Part shown: positions 9,988 to 19,492 of the stretch, one piece after another
How positions within the stretch are numbered: position 1 is the first letter of the stretch
How the letters are laid out: each line of letters starts with the position of its first letter
Assembly (NCBI GenBank): GCA_963836235.1
Contig: CAWIIP010000002.1
Location: 1,024,001-1,088,000 of the forward strand
DNA from: an uncultured Pseudomonadota bacterium
Lineage (GTDB): Bacteria; Oederibacteriota; Muellerivitia; Muellerivitales; Muellerivitaceae
Direction of reading: 5' to 3'
Length of the DNA: 64,000 bases
Program-made: the position numbers and the translations under genes
The notes under the pieces: model-generated
The model's database searches: none
What the model was told of the DNA's origin: nothing
What the model saw: the letters and a program-made list of their open reading frames with translations, nothing else

Positions 9988-12900
9988 TTAACGCAACACT
10001 ACGAGCTTGCCCAGCTTCTGGATCGTCCCAGTGGAGCTCGTTATTTCCAAGAAGTAAAAATATAGCCCGCTGGCGACCTGTGTCCCGGAAGAATTCTCCA
10101 AAGTCCAAGTTAGGATATTGAGCCCAGCATCTCCTTCCGTGGAAGTCTGATACAGCTTCTCCCCCGCAGGGGTGTAGAGGGTCAACTTCAACTGAGCCGC
10201 TTGGGCTAGTTGGATCTTAAAGTTGATTGGTTCCCCGCCCCTTGAAATATTCGGAGCGGCCACAACGGAGTTCAGCCATTGCGGAACGGGAGTTGGGGTC
10301 GGTGTTCCGCTATTACCATTTTCGGCGGCCACGGCCGCCGCTTTAGCGCCGTTGGGCGTGCAAGTCGGAAGAGGCCGGCAGGAAGGTGGCACCCCTCCGG
10401 AAACTGTCACTAGGTTTCCTTTCAAATAAAGGGCGTAGTGGCTATTGGTGGTATAGGTGGAAGCCGAAACGCAGGGGCTATACCAATCAGCCGTGCCAGG
10501 AACAAAGGGTTGGGAATCGGACCGGTTGATCAGTGTCTGGAGCCCGACCCAACTCGTCCCGCTGCTCAAAACCGTGCCGTCAGTGGTGGAGATGGTCATT
10601 TCCCAATTGGCCATTTGGTTCGTGGCGGGGCCGCAAGCGGGGGAGAAGCTGGCGGCGTTGAGGGCGACCCCCGTCAAGTTGTGGGAGCATGTGGGATTCC
10701 ACAAACATCCGCCCGTGGTGATCGAACCCACCAAGGCGACTCCGGAGGTGTTGTAGGGCCAGAACTTGATGGTGATATCGGATAACGTCACGGCGGCCCC
10801 CTTGTTGATGACGGCGAAGAGGGTATAGACCGTGTTGGTTCCGCAAGAACTGGTGTATTCCTCCAATTGCAGGTTGGCGGTACTGGTCCCGCAAACGGTT
10901 GTGGCGGTGGGCGTCGGGGTAATGGTGGGTGTGAGAGTACGCGTAGGGGTGCTAGTGGCAGTATTCGTCTTGGTGGGGCTGGCCGTTAGGGTCGGGGTTT
11001 TGGTGGCTGTTAAGGTTGGCGTCGCGGTCGGGGTGAAGGTTTTGCTATTGGTCGGGGTATTCGTCGTCGTGTTGGTTGCCGTGTTGCTGAAGGTGGGAGT
11101 AGAGGTCTTCGTCGGGGTCGCGGTGTTCGTTTTGGTTGGGGTATTGGTCGTAGTATTGGTGGGCGTTTTCGTGGCGGTGTTAGTTGTAGTATTCGTGGAT
11201 GTGTTCGTCGTTGTGTAGGTGGGTGTATTCGTTGTCGTATTCGTCGTTGTGTTTGTAGTCGTATTGGTCGGCGTGGTTGTATTCGTCGACGTGTTAGTCG
11301 TGGTGTTGGTCGATGTATTTGTCGTCGTGGCAGTTGTCGTGTTAGTGGGTGTATTCGTTGCCGTATTCGTAGGCGTATTCGTCGTGGTGTTTGTCGTTGT
11401 ATTCGTGGGCGTGTCAGTGGCGGTGTTGGTCGGTGTGTCAGTAGTCGTATTGGTGGGCGTGTCAGTGGTGGTATTAGTCGGTGTGTCAGTAGTTGTATTG
11501 GTGGGCGTGTTCGTTGTCGTATTCGTGGGCGTATCGGTAGTGGTGTTGGTGGGCGTATTAGTCGTGGTGTTAGTCGTTGTATTCGTGGGCGTGTCAGTGG
11601 TGGTGTTGGTCGGTGTATTGGTTGTTGTGGCAGTTGTCGTGTTAGTCGTCGTGTTGGTGGTGGTATTGGTCGTGGTGGCAGAAGGGGTGCCGGTGGGTGT
11701 AACCGTAGGCGTGAAAGTGGGGAAATTGAAGTCAGTCGCGTCAAACTTAGTAACAAAGGAATCCATTCCACCCGCAAAAGTCGTCTGATAAGCCCCGCTG
11801 GTCGTAAAGAAGTCCTGGCCGGTCGTGGAACCGGTGACATAGACATTTCCCGACCCATCCACGGCGATGCCGCCGCCGAAATATTCGCCGCCAACGATAG
11901 AACTTGAGAAGTCCGTTGTCCCGCCCAAATAGGTCGAATAGACCAGGTCATTTACACCATTACCCGCCGGATTCAGCGCCGCAACGAAATTGTCAAGTGG
12001 GCCCGACAAAACCGGTTGTTGGGCCCCGTTCGTCGTCGGGAAATTCGGCGAAGTTGTATTGCCCGACAAAAAAATGTTTCCCCCCTCATCCACGGCAATA
12101 TTAAAGCCATAATCAATCCCGTTCCCACCCAGGTAGGTGGAATAAAGTAAGCCCGTGTTGGCGCCAAGATTCACGGGATCGAGCTTGGCCACAAAAGCGT
12201 TATCAGTGCCCTTCGATGCCGTCTGATAAGCCCCGCTGGTCGTGGGGACGGTTCCGGTCGCTGCAGTGGTGTAACCTGTAAAATAAACATTATCCAACCC
12301 ATCCAACGCGATGGCCCGGCTTTTAACATTCGTTCCGAAGAAGGTCGAATAAATCAAATCGCTCGCCCCGCCACCGGCCGGATTCAATTTCGAAACAAAA
12401 CCCACAACACTGGTGCCGCCGCTAAAAGTCGTTTGATAGGCTCCCGAGGTCGTCGGGAAAGTCGTTGTCCAGGCGTCACCCGTCACATAAATATATCCCG
12501 AAGCGTCCACCTTAATGCCATAGGCTGCGTTTCCAGGGCTACCCGCGCCGGTCAGGTAAGTGGAATAGACCAACGAGGCCTTACCGCTCAAGAAAGGATT
12601 CATCTTTACCACATAAGGGCTTTCCTGGCCCGTGGACTCTGCCGGCTCGAAAGACCCGCTGGTCGTTGGAAAATTAGGAGTGTAATTATTGCCCGTCACG
12701 TAAAAATTTCCCGAATTATCCACGGCGATGCCTTGCCCCCAACCCTGCCCGCCAAGATAGCTCGAATAGATGAGGGCGCTTCCCGTTGAATTTAATACGG
12801 CGACAAAAGTATTTTCATTCGGATCTTGGGCAAGTAGCTGAAGGGCCCCGCTAGTCGCTGGAAAATTTTCGGACTGAGTTTCACCCGTTACGTAGGCATT

Positions 12901-14019
12901 TCCCGACCCGTCCACGGCGATGGCCATACCAAAATCGTTGCCCCCCCCGCCAAGATAGGTCGAATAGACCAAAGCGTTGCCCGCGGGGTCCAGTTTCGTG
13001 ATGTAAACATCGTCCCCCCCTTTTGAACTCGTCTGGTAGGCCCCGCTGGTCGCGGGAAAACCGGTACTTGCGTATCCTGTCGAATAGGCGTTTCCTGCCC
13101 CGTCTAAAACGATTCCTAATGCGTATGCGTCCCCGCTTCCACCCAGATATGTGGAATAGTCCAAAACTGGGTCGATAACCAATGGTTGAGTCTTGTCATA
13201 GTCCCCCACTGCGAATCCGATTTTTCCGTCTTGCCCGACAACATAACGACCCTCAACCGCCGTTCGTTGGCCGTTCTTTTCTTGATAAACCACTGGCGCC
13301 AGAAAGGACATTTTTCGACCGGTCATTTGAAAAATTAGGTTTCCGTTGGTGTCCACTTCGGCGTTGCGGGGGCCTTCATAGGCCAGCCCGATTACTCCGG
13401 GGTCCGCGCCTGGGGCGACGATGAAGTCATATTCCAGTTTTCGTTGATTGCCGTAATACCTCATGTCGACGCCCGAATAGACCCCCTTGACGCTAACCAT
13501 GGCATATTGGGGAATATTCGTGTGCCACTTCGAAGAATCGTTGCTGATGAAATAATTGCTTTTCCCCTCCGCCATTTCCGAACCTTCAAACGCGGCGAGG
13601 CGGTTTCCACCTGTGAGCTTCAAACGCAACACTTCAGGAGGGGCGGTTAAGACCGAGGATTGAGTGATGTGGCTTGGGTTCCCCCGGCCTTCAACCCCGC
13701 CCCCATTCGGATGACTCAGGCTGGGTCGTTTGAAAGAAAAAACCGCTTCGGCAGCCGTTAGATAAAGGGAGTAGCCGCTTCCCCGAGCGATAAATTTTAC
13801 CTGCGGATCGGTTTGGCCCAAATTGGGTTCGAACTGTAGGGGAAGTTTGCCGTAGTTTTCGTTCATTTTGAGTTGAACTGAATGGCCAGGAGCTTTGGAA
13901 CGGTACCCATTCGGTTGGCCCAAACGGGAAAGCGAGGAGTTCAACTCCGTTTGAGACGCAGCTCCGACCAGGAAAAGTACGGGTGATAGGACTAAAAAAA
14001 GGCGGAAGATTTTCTTCAA
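9988..14019 (-). CDS. Large secreted SBBP-repeat beta-propeller protein with Thr-rich stalk, CBM3-like module and FlgD-Ig/T9SS-like tail
   Basis: Signal peptide; LPLQFEPNLGQ...LEYDFIVAPGADP N-domain; repeated YSTYLGG / IAVD..GN.YVTG / TTSGAYQT; TNTP repeats; 'LSDITIKFW' module; tail APN...ASGLY...GKLVVLR. Confidence 0.88.
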   Translation of the reverse strand: MKKIFRLFLVLSPVLFLVGAASQTELNSSLSRLGQPNGYRSKAPGHSVQLKMNENYGKLPLQFEPNLGQTDPQVKFIARGSGYSLYLTAAEAVFSFKRPSLSHPNGGGVEGRGNPSHITQSSVLTAPPEVLRLKLTGGNRLAAFEGSEMAEGKSNYFISNDSSKWHTNIPQYAMVSVKGVYSGVDMRYYGNQRKLEYDFIVAPGADPGVIGLAYEGPRNAEVDTNGNLIFQMTGRKMSFLAPVVYQEKNGQRTAVEGRYVVGQDGKIGFAVGDYDKTQPLVIDPVLDYSTYLGGSGDAYALGIVLDGAGNAYSTGYASTGFPATSGAYQTSSKGGDDVYITKLDPAGNALVYSTYLGGGGNDFGMAIAVDGSGNAYVTGETQSENFPATSGALQLLAQDPNENTFVAVLNSTGSALIYSSYLGGQGWGQGIAVDNSGNFYVTGNNYTPNFPTTSGSFEPAESTGQESPYVVKMNPFLSGKASLVYSTYLTGAGSPGNAAYGIKVDASGYIYVTGDAWTTTFPTTSGAYQTTFSGGTSVVGFVSKLNPAGGGASDLIYSTFFGTNVKSRAIALDGLDNVYFTGYTTAATGTVPTTSGAYQTASKGTDNAFVAKLDPVNLGANTGLLYSTYLGGNGIDYGFNIAVDEGGNIFLSGNTTSPNFPTTNGAQQPVLSGPLDNFVAALNPAGNGVNDLVYSTYLGGTTDFSSSIVGGEYFGGGIAVDGSGNVYVTGSTTGQDFFTTSGAYQTTFAGGMDSFVTKFDATDFNFPTFTPTVTPTGTPSATTTNTTTNTTTNTTTATTTNTPTNTTTDTPTNTTTNTTTNTPTNTTTDTPTNTTTNTPTNTTTDTPTNTTTDTPTNTTTDTPTNTATDTPTNTTTNTTTNTPTNTATNTPTNTTTATTTNTSTNTTTNTSTNTTTPTNTTTNTTTNTTTNTPTYTTTNTSTNTTTNTATKTPTNTTTNTPTKTNTATPTKTSTPTFSNTATNTTTNTPTNSKTFTPTATPTLTATKTPTLTASPTKTNTATSTPTRTLTPTITPTPTATTVCGTSTANLQLEEYTSSCGTNTVYTLFAVINKGAAVTLSDITIKFWPYNTSGVALVGSITTGGCLWNPTCSHNLTGVALNAASFSPACGPATNQMANWEMTISTTDGTVLSSGTSWVGLQTLINRSDSQPFVPGTADWYSPCVSASTYTTNSHYALYLKGNLVTVSGGVPPSCRPLPTCTPNGAKAAAVAAENGNSGTPTPTPVPQWLNSVVAAPNISRGGEPINFKIQLAQAAQLKLTLYTPAGEKLYQTSTEGDAGLNILTWTLENSSGTQVASGLYFYFLEITSSTGTIQKLGKLVVLR
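10900..11715 (-). repeat. Degenerate 12/24-bp coding tandem repeat (TNTT/TNTP/TDTP units)
   Basis: Directly visible repeats such as gtattcgtgggcgtgtcagtggtggtgttggtcggt; boundaries approximate. Confidence 0.9.
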
Positions 14020-14550
14020 AAAATCACTCCGGAGAAATTTTATTTTTTTCAGGCCCTTGCAGGTGTCTGAAATATTTTTTGGATATTAACATTTAATTTC
14101 TGAATGGCAAACAATTACTTCAGAAAAATTTTAAAATTTACTTTTCTGTCGCTTGAACCATAAGGCCAAGGATCAACCGTTGCCTTGAAAAAGTTTAACG
14201 AATCACCTTCCTGGTTAAGGACGGACAATTTTTATTCCTTCTGTTTAAAGTAAATTCTGCCGCGGCTTAAAACGATATCTCGAAGTGCTGCCATGGGATT
14301 TCAATTGTGATTTCTCTGAAAAACTGGATTGGACTTCTATCCGCGATCAAGAGTATCAATAAGTCCTATTGAGTCCGGCAGTGCCTTTGCGGAAGCCTCG
14401 TACCGATTTTTTGCCAGGAAAGTGTAAAGGATCCGTTTCAATTACGTCGTTTGGGTTAATTGAACCTTGGAGTTATCGAGTCCCCGCCCGTGAAATATTC
14501 GGCGCAATCATGAAGAAAGGAAATAAACTTGGCGGTGTTTTTAAAAAAGA

Positions 14551-14592
14551 TTGACTTTAAATAACCAAAATGTTATATAACTAAAAAGTTAT
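14551..14592 (+). promoter_or_regulatory. Sigma70-like promoter overlapped by two tandem ATAAC-N6-GTTAT inverted repeats (probable ArsR autorepression operator)
   Basis: TTGACT 14551-14556; ATAACcaaaatGTTAT 14561-14576; ATAACtaaaaaGTTAT 14577-14592; AAGGAG RBS follows. Confidence 0.75.
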
Positions 14593-14610
14593 AATAAGGA
14601 GCCGAAAACC

Positions 14611-14961
14611 ATGCCAACCGACCAATTGAGCGCCACCTTCCAGGCTTTGGCCGATCCCACCCGCCGGGCCATGATGGCCCGCTTGACCCGGGGGGAAGCC
14701 TCGGTTCAGGAACTGGCCAAGCCCTTCCAAATGAGCCAACCGGCCATTTCCAAGCACGTGAAGGTGCTGGAGAAAAGCGGGCTCATCGCGCGCCGGAGCC
14801 TGGCCCAGCGAAGGCTTTGCAAACTGCAAACCAAGCCCATCAAGGACGCGGTGGAATGGCTAGAACACCACCGCAAGCTTTGGGAAGACCGTTTGGATCA
14901 ATTGGAGGGCTACTTGGAAGAAATTCAAAAGAAGGGGAAAAAACAGGGCCGTTCACTTTAA
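14611..14961 (+). CDS. ArsR/SmtB family transcriptional regulator
   Basis: FQALADPTRR...SQPAISKH.KVLE.SGLI winged HTH. Confidence 0.93.
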   Translation: MPTDQLSATFQALADPTRRAMMARLTRGEASVQELAKPFQMSQPAISKHVKVLEKSGLIARRSLAQRRLCKLQTKPIKDAVEWLEHHRKLWEDRLDQLEGYLEEIQKKGKKQGRSL

Positions 14962-14979
14962 CCGGATAAGGAGGAACTT

Positions 14980-15468
14980 ATGACAACCGAGATAGGAAAT
15001 TTCAGGGAAAAGGCCCATCCGAAGGACCTGGTGCTTCGCCGGACCCTCAAGGCGCCTCGCAAGCTGGTTTTTGAGGTCTTCACCCAAGCCAAGCACTTGG
15101 CCCAGTGGTGGGCTCCCAAGCCTTTCACCACGCCCAAATGCGAGGTGGACCTTCGGCCCGGTGGAAAATGGAATTACACCTTCCGTTCCCCGGAAGGCCA
15201 GGAACACGACTGCCAGGCTATCTACCGGGAGGTGGAAGCACCCCGCAAGCTGGTCATGGAAACCTCCGTGCCCAGCCCCGCCGGTAAGCCTTTTTTCGCG
15301 CTCCGCCAGACGATCACCCTGGAGGAAAAGGGGGATCAAACGGAGCTCGTGTTGGCCTTTAAGGTGTTGGAAGCCAATCCCGGTTCCGAACCTTTCCTAG
15401 CGGGGATGAAACAAGGAACTAATGGAACTTTGGATAATCTTGAGGAATATCTGGCCTCAAAAAACTAA
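14980..15468 (+). CDS. SRPBCC (AHSA1-like) domain protein
   Basis: R...APR.LVF..FT....L.QWW.P, DLRPGG.W, LDNL.EYL; usual partner of this ArsR type. Confidence 0.9.
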   Translation: MTTEIGNFREKAHPKDLVLRRTLKAPRKLVFEVFTQAKHLAQWWAPKPFTTPKCEVDLRPGGKWNYTFRSPEGQEHDCQAIYREVEAPRKLVMETSVPSPAGKPFFALRQTITLEEKGDQTELVLAFKVLEANPGSEPFLAGMKQGTNGTLDNLEEYLASKN

Positions 15469-15502
15469 AAAAAAGCCGGAAAAGGCATAGCCCTTTTCCG
15501 GC
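15467..15502 (-). terminator. Intrinsic terminator between convergent genes
   Basis: GCCGGAAAAGG-catagc-CCTTTTCCGGC stem with an A8 run on its left (U-tract on the minus strand). Confidence 0.8.
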
Positions 15503-15516
15503 CTAACTTTTAAATT

Positions 15517-16077
15517 TTAGCGGCTATAGAGCGCCGTAATTTTCGATTCCGCCAGCTTGTTGGCGTTGATGTAAAAACCCACCATGGCGGCCGAGGCGTT
15601 GGCGTCCAGGTCCAGGGACTTCACCTTGAGAGCATAGACAGTGAAAATATAGTGGTGGGGCGCTCCCGGGGGTGGGCAAGGCCCGCCGTAGCCTGGCTTG
15701 CCGAAATCGGTGCGCGATTGCACCAACCCCGCGATGGCGGTGCTGTCCGCCGGAAAGCCCTTGGGCAGGCTGCGTACCTTGGCGGGGATATTGAACACCA
15801 CCCAATGCCACCATCCGCTTCCCGTAGGCGCGTCCGGATCGTAGCAGGTCAGGGCGTAACTTTGAGTCCCCTCCGGGCCTTTGGTCCATCTCAAGCCAGG
15901 CGAAAGGTTGCCCCCTTTGCATCCAAAACTATTGAATATCTGTTCGTCGGACATGGTGGCTCCCTCTTTGATGTCGGAGCTCTTCAGTTCAAAAGCCAAA
16001 GCGGCCTGGGCCATCAGCCCGAAAACCACCGCCACCCCAAGCATGATCACGCCAATTTTTGTAAATTTCCCTTTCAT
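15517..16077 (-). CDS. YbcL-like exported PEBP protein
   Basis: Signal peptide (ALA), GC.GGNLSP, YDPDAPTGSGWWHW, GYGGPCPP. Confidence 0.93.
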   Translation of the reverse strand: MKGKFTKIGVIMLGVAVVFGLMAQAALAFELKSSDIKEGATMSDEQIFNSFGCKGGNLSPGLRWTKGPEGTQSYALTCYDPDAPTGSGWWHWVVFNIPAKVRSLPKGFPADSTAIAGLVQSRTDFGKPGYGGPCPPPGAPHHYIFTVYALKVKSLDLDANASAAMVGFYINANKLAESKITALYSR

Positions 16078-16360
16078 ATCCGCCTCCCCTTTTTGAAGTG
16101 AATCTCATCCGCACCTGCCAAGGTTAATTTCACTTGCCGCCAAAAATCAACGGCTACCAAGCGAAAAAGAGAAAAACCTTCCTAGCCCGAAACATAGAGC
16201 TGAGCACACTTTTAATCCTCCAATAAAAAGCCCGAGCTTTTTCAGTCCTGACTTTTTTGGAGAGGCTAATTTATTAGGTGGAAGTATCGTTGAAATTGAT
16301 GTTCAACGTGGCTTTGGTGTTCGGCGTAGAATATCTGAGATTAACGAAAATATTTCCCGG

Positions 16361-17461
16361 TTAGTGGTACTCGTAAACGCATTCTTGGCCGACCTTGCCG
16401 AAATCCTGGTAGGCGAGATAGGGATTCCCAGCCGCATTGGTGGCAAGCGAGCCTTCTTCTCCGTCACCCACGACGAAACCCTCAGTTCCGAAGGTTACCC
16501 ATCCACCCGTGGTGTATTCCAAAACCAGGTCGGTATCGGTGTAAGCGGACTGAACCGCCAGGTAAGGGGTTCCCGCGCCAACGGCAATGGCGGTAAGGTT
16601 GGTGCCGGGCGGGGAGATGCCGGGCGTTCCTAGCACGGCCCAGGAGGCACCGTTGAATTTCTGCACCGTGGCCCCGATCCCGTTAAATTGATCCGTGTAG
16701 GAAAAATAGGGAGTGCCGTTGTAAACCACGAGATGGGTGTTATAGATAATTCCGGCCGAAAACCCTTCGCTTCCAACCAGCGACCAGATGCTCCCATTGA
16801 GTTTCATGACTGTGGCCATTTGGTTGTCGAAGTTATCGCAGAAGCCCACATAGGGGGTGCCGCTCCGGGCATCTAGGGCGGAATAGGCGATGCCGCTCGG
16901 CGAAAAATCGGGGTTTCCAACCGTCGCCCAGGCTCCGCCTGTGTAATCCATGACCATGGCCAGGCCACCAGCGTCCTGATATGCCACGTAGGGTGTCCCG
17001 TTATAACCCGAAAGCGAAGGGCCGTAGCCGGTGGTAAAATTTAGCGATGGCAGGCTTACCCAAGAGCTTCCATTGAATGTCATGACCGCGATGTTGGTGG
17101 CCGGGAGTCCTTCCTCGAAGGCCACATAAGGGATATTGTTGTAAACATAAAGCGAGGTGTAATAGGCACCCGCCACAAAATCCGCGCCGCCCACCGTCAC
17201 CCAGGCTGTGCCATTAAAGCTCAAAACCGACAGGCTTTCGTTATTGTTATAGTCCGAATAAGCCACGTAAGGAGTGCCGTTGTTGGAAATATAGATTTGG
17301 GAATAATCCGCCCGACCCGGTGAAAGATCAAGGTTCCCCACGGGCTTCCAGGAGGGGATGGGGGTCGGCGTTGGAGCCGGAGTAGTGGGTGCGGTAAAAG
17401 TCTTGACGCAGGCCCAGGGAAGGCAGGCGGCGATGCAAAGCATGCACAAAAATTTTTTCAT
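16361..17461 (-). CDS. Putative lipoprotein with ~45-aa beta-propeller-like repeats
   Basis: Lipobox-like PWAC, PT linker, about seven repeats of 'GTPYVAY.D....VM.F.G..W..VG...S'. Confidence 0.7.
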   Translation of the reverse strand: MKKFLCMLCIAACLPWACVKTFTAPTTPAPTPTPIPSWKPVGNLDLSPGRADYSQIYISNNGTPYVAYSDYNNNESLSVLSFNGTAWVTVGGADFVAGAYYTSLYVYNNIPYVAFEEGLPATNIAVMTFNGSSWVSLPSLNFTTGYGPSLSGYNGTPYVAYQDAGGLAMVMDYTGGAWATVGNPDFSPSGIAYSALDARSGTPYVGFCDNFDNQMATVMKLNGSIWSLVGSEGFSAGIIYNTHLVVYNGTPYFSYTDQFNGIGATVQKFNGASWAVLGTPGISPPGTNLTAIAVGAGTPYLAVQSAYTDTDLVLEYTTGGWVTFGTEGFVVGDGEEGSLATNAAGNPYLAYQDFGKVGQECVYEYH

Positions 17462-17700
17462 ACGAAGTCTCCTTGATCATAAACAACGGCGGGGCGAGCC
17501 GGATAATTCCTCTCCTCCCTGCATACCTAACGTGTAGATACGGTCTAACTTAATGCAATAAGCAAGCCTAAAGTTGGTGTTCCGTGAAACGCCGGAATTT
17601 CCGTCAATCTTCGATTTTCAAAAACCCGCTACCGAAAGTTAGCATGTCAAATATTTGATAAAACCAAGGACCAACCAAGCACCGAAAAGTCGTCCTGAAA

Positions 17701-18123
17701 TTATTGCAGAAAGCCCTGGTAGAGCATGAAATAGACGAGAACTCCCGTGACCGAAACATAGAGCCAGATAGGAAGGGTAATGCGGGCGATTTTCTTGTGA
17801 TTCACGAAGTCCCCCCGCCGGGCACGGAGAATGGTGATGATGGCCAAAACAGGCACCAGCGCGGCCAAGGGCGTGTGGGTCCAAAGGACGATGAAATAAA
17901 GAATACGGGAAAAACCCTGGCCCTGGTAATAAACGATACCCGCCAAGGCGTGGTGGACCAGGTAGGAAACCAGAAAGACGATGGAGACCAAAAAGGCCGA
18001 GCCCATGCAGGCCCGGTGGGCCTCCCGGTTGCCCCGGCGGATAAAGTAATACCCCGTCAAGAGAAGGACGGTACTCAAAGCGTTCAGGCAGGCGTTGATC
18101 ATCGGCAGGATATTCAGGTTCAC
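17701..18123 (-). CDS. DUF420 (CtaM-like) membrane protein
   Basis: LP.INA.LN, H...M, HKKIAR.T.PIWLYVSVTGV.VY.MLY. Confidence 0.9.
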   Translation of the reverse strand: MNLNILPMINACLNALSTVLLLTGYYFIRRGNREAHRACMGSAFLVSIVFLVSYLVHHALAGIVYYQGQGFSRILYFIVLWTHTPLAALVPVLAIITILRARRGDFVNHKKIARITLPIWLYVSVTGVLVYFMLYQGFLQ

Positions 18124-18743
18124 GTGTGTGACCTCGAGCTCATGAGATATTTGACGTCCTGACCAAGCTTTTTCATGTCGTCGGGGTTTTCCCCGTCATA
18201 CATCCCCCGGATGTTGCTGTCGGCGTCCACCAGGAGAATTCGGGTCGAATGGATGAATTCGAACCCCGGCACCTGGTCCGGGTTGGGATAGGCAGTCAAT
18301 TGGAAACCCTTGCCGATCACCTGGTAGATGTCCGCCTTTTTTCCCGTCAGGAAAAACCATTGGTTGTCCTCAGCGTTGTACTCCTGGGCGTAACTTTTAA
18401 GGGCTTCCACCGTGTCCCGTTCCGGATCGACGGTAAAAGTGACTAGTTTGAAATCCCCGTTCCCGCGCCATTGCTTCTGGAGCAGGCTCATTTGGGTGCT
18501 AATCAGGGGGCAGGAACCGGCGCAATGGGCGAAGATAAAATCCACCGCCCAAACCTTGCCCTTCAGCTCAGCGCTGGAAAACATCCGCCCGCTGCGGTCC
18601 TGGAAGGCAAAGGCCGGCGCAGGCGCCAGGGGTTTGGAAAACTTGTCCGAAGGCCGGGAAGCGAAGACCCGGTAGCCCAAAAACAACAGTCCGCCTCCCG
18701 TGAGGAGGATCAGTAACCCTACCTTCCAATCGAAGTTTTTCAT
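18120..18743 (-). CDS. SCO/SenC copper chaperone
   Basis: CAGSC (CxxxC), VDPERD and HS motifs; N-terminal TM. Confidence 0.93.
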   Translation of the reverse strand: MKNFDWKVGLLILLTGGGLLFLGYRVFASRPSDKFSKPLAPAPAFAFQDRSGRMFSSAELKGKVWAVDFIFAHCAGSCPLISTQMSLLQKQWRGNGDFKLVTFTVDPERDTVEALKSYAQEYNAEDNQWFFLTGKKADIYQVIGKGFQLTAYPNPDQVPGFEFIHSTRILLVDADSNIRGMYDGENPDDMKKLGQDVKYLMSSRSHT

Positions 18744-19492
18744 TTGGATTTGCCTTCGTTTGTTTTTTCAACCACCCAAGAGGAAAGAAAATAAAAGAAG
18801 AAGCCCATGCCCACCAGCGCCAATAGGGAAAACGAAAGACTGGGGATATCTCCCAAATCCGTTCCCGGAAAGAGCCCCCGCCTCACCCCCGCCACCCCAT
18901 AGGTGAAGGGATTGACCTTCATGGAAGCTTTCATCCAGCCCGATCCGCCCCCGGCGAAAATCGCGCCCGAGGCCATCCACATGGGCAACAGCACCATGTT
19001 CATGATGGTATGAAAGCCAGGAATCGAATCTATTTTCCACGCCAGCCAGAAGCCAAAGGCGTTGAGGACGAAGGACAATAAGAAGAGCGAAAGCACCAGC
19101 CCGGCCAGGGGCAGCGGCTCAAATGTGGCGCCCACGCCGAGGGCCACGGGAAGAAGAATCAGGCCCTGCAGGGTGGAGAGCGTGGCACCGCCCAATATTT
19201 TACCCATCACGATGGCCGCCCGGCTAACCGGGGCCACCATGACCGACTGCAGGAACCCCGCGTGGCGGTCCTCGATGACGGAGGCGTTGGAAAAAATACA
19301 GGTAAAAAGGATGCTCATTACCAGGGTACCCGGCAAAAAATAAGCCCGGTAATTGGCCATGGGGATGCCCGACCCCAATACCGCCCAAAAAAGTAAGGCG
19401 GTTCCCACCGCCCCCACTACCCTGCTGGGCTGCCGGTAGAAGCGCACGATTTCCCTTTGCCACAAGGTATAAGCGGCCAGCCAGAAGTTCAT
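18740..19492 (-). CDS. ABC-2 type permease
   Basis: Multi-TM; IEDR..GFLQSV.VAPVSR, NP.TY.V. Confidence 0.9.
   Translation of the reverse strand: MNFWLAAYTLWQREIVRFYRQPSRVVGAVGTALLFWAVLGSGIPMANYRAYFLPGTLVMSILFTCIFSNASVIEDRHAGFLQSVMVAPVSRAAIVMGKILGGATLSTLQGLILLPVALGVGATFEPLPLAGLVLSLFLLSFVLNAFGFWLAWKIDSIPGFHTIMNMVLLPMWMASGAIFAGGGSGWMKASMKVNPFTYGVAGVRRGLFPGTDLGDIPSLSFSLLALVGMGFFFYFLSSWVVEKTNEGKSK

Noticed and set aside
11219-11700. Regular short repeats as a possible CRISPR array
   Set aside because: Degenerate, in-frame, codon-periodic repeats with no unique spacers and no cas genes.
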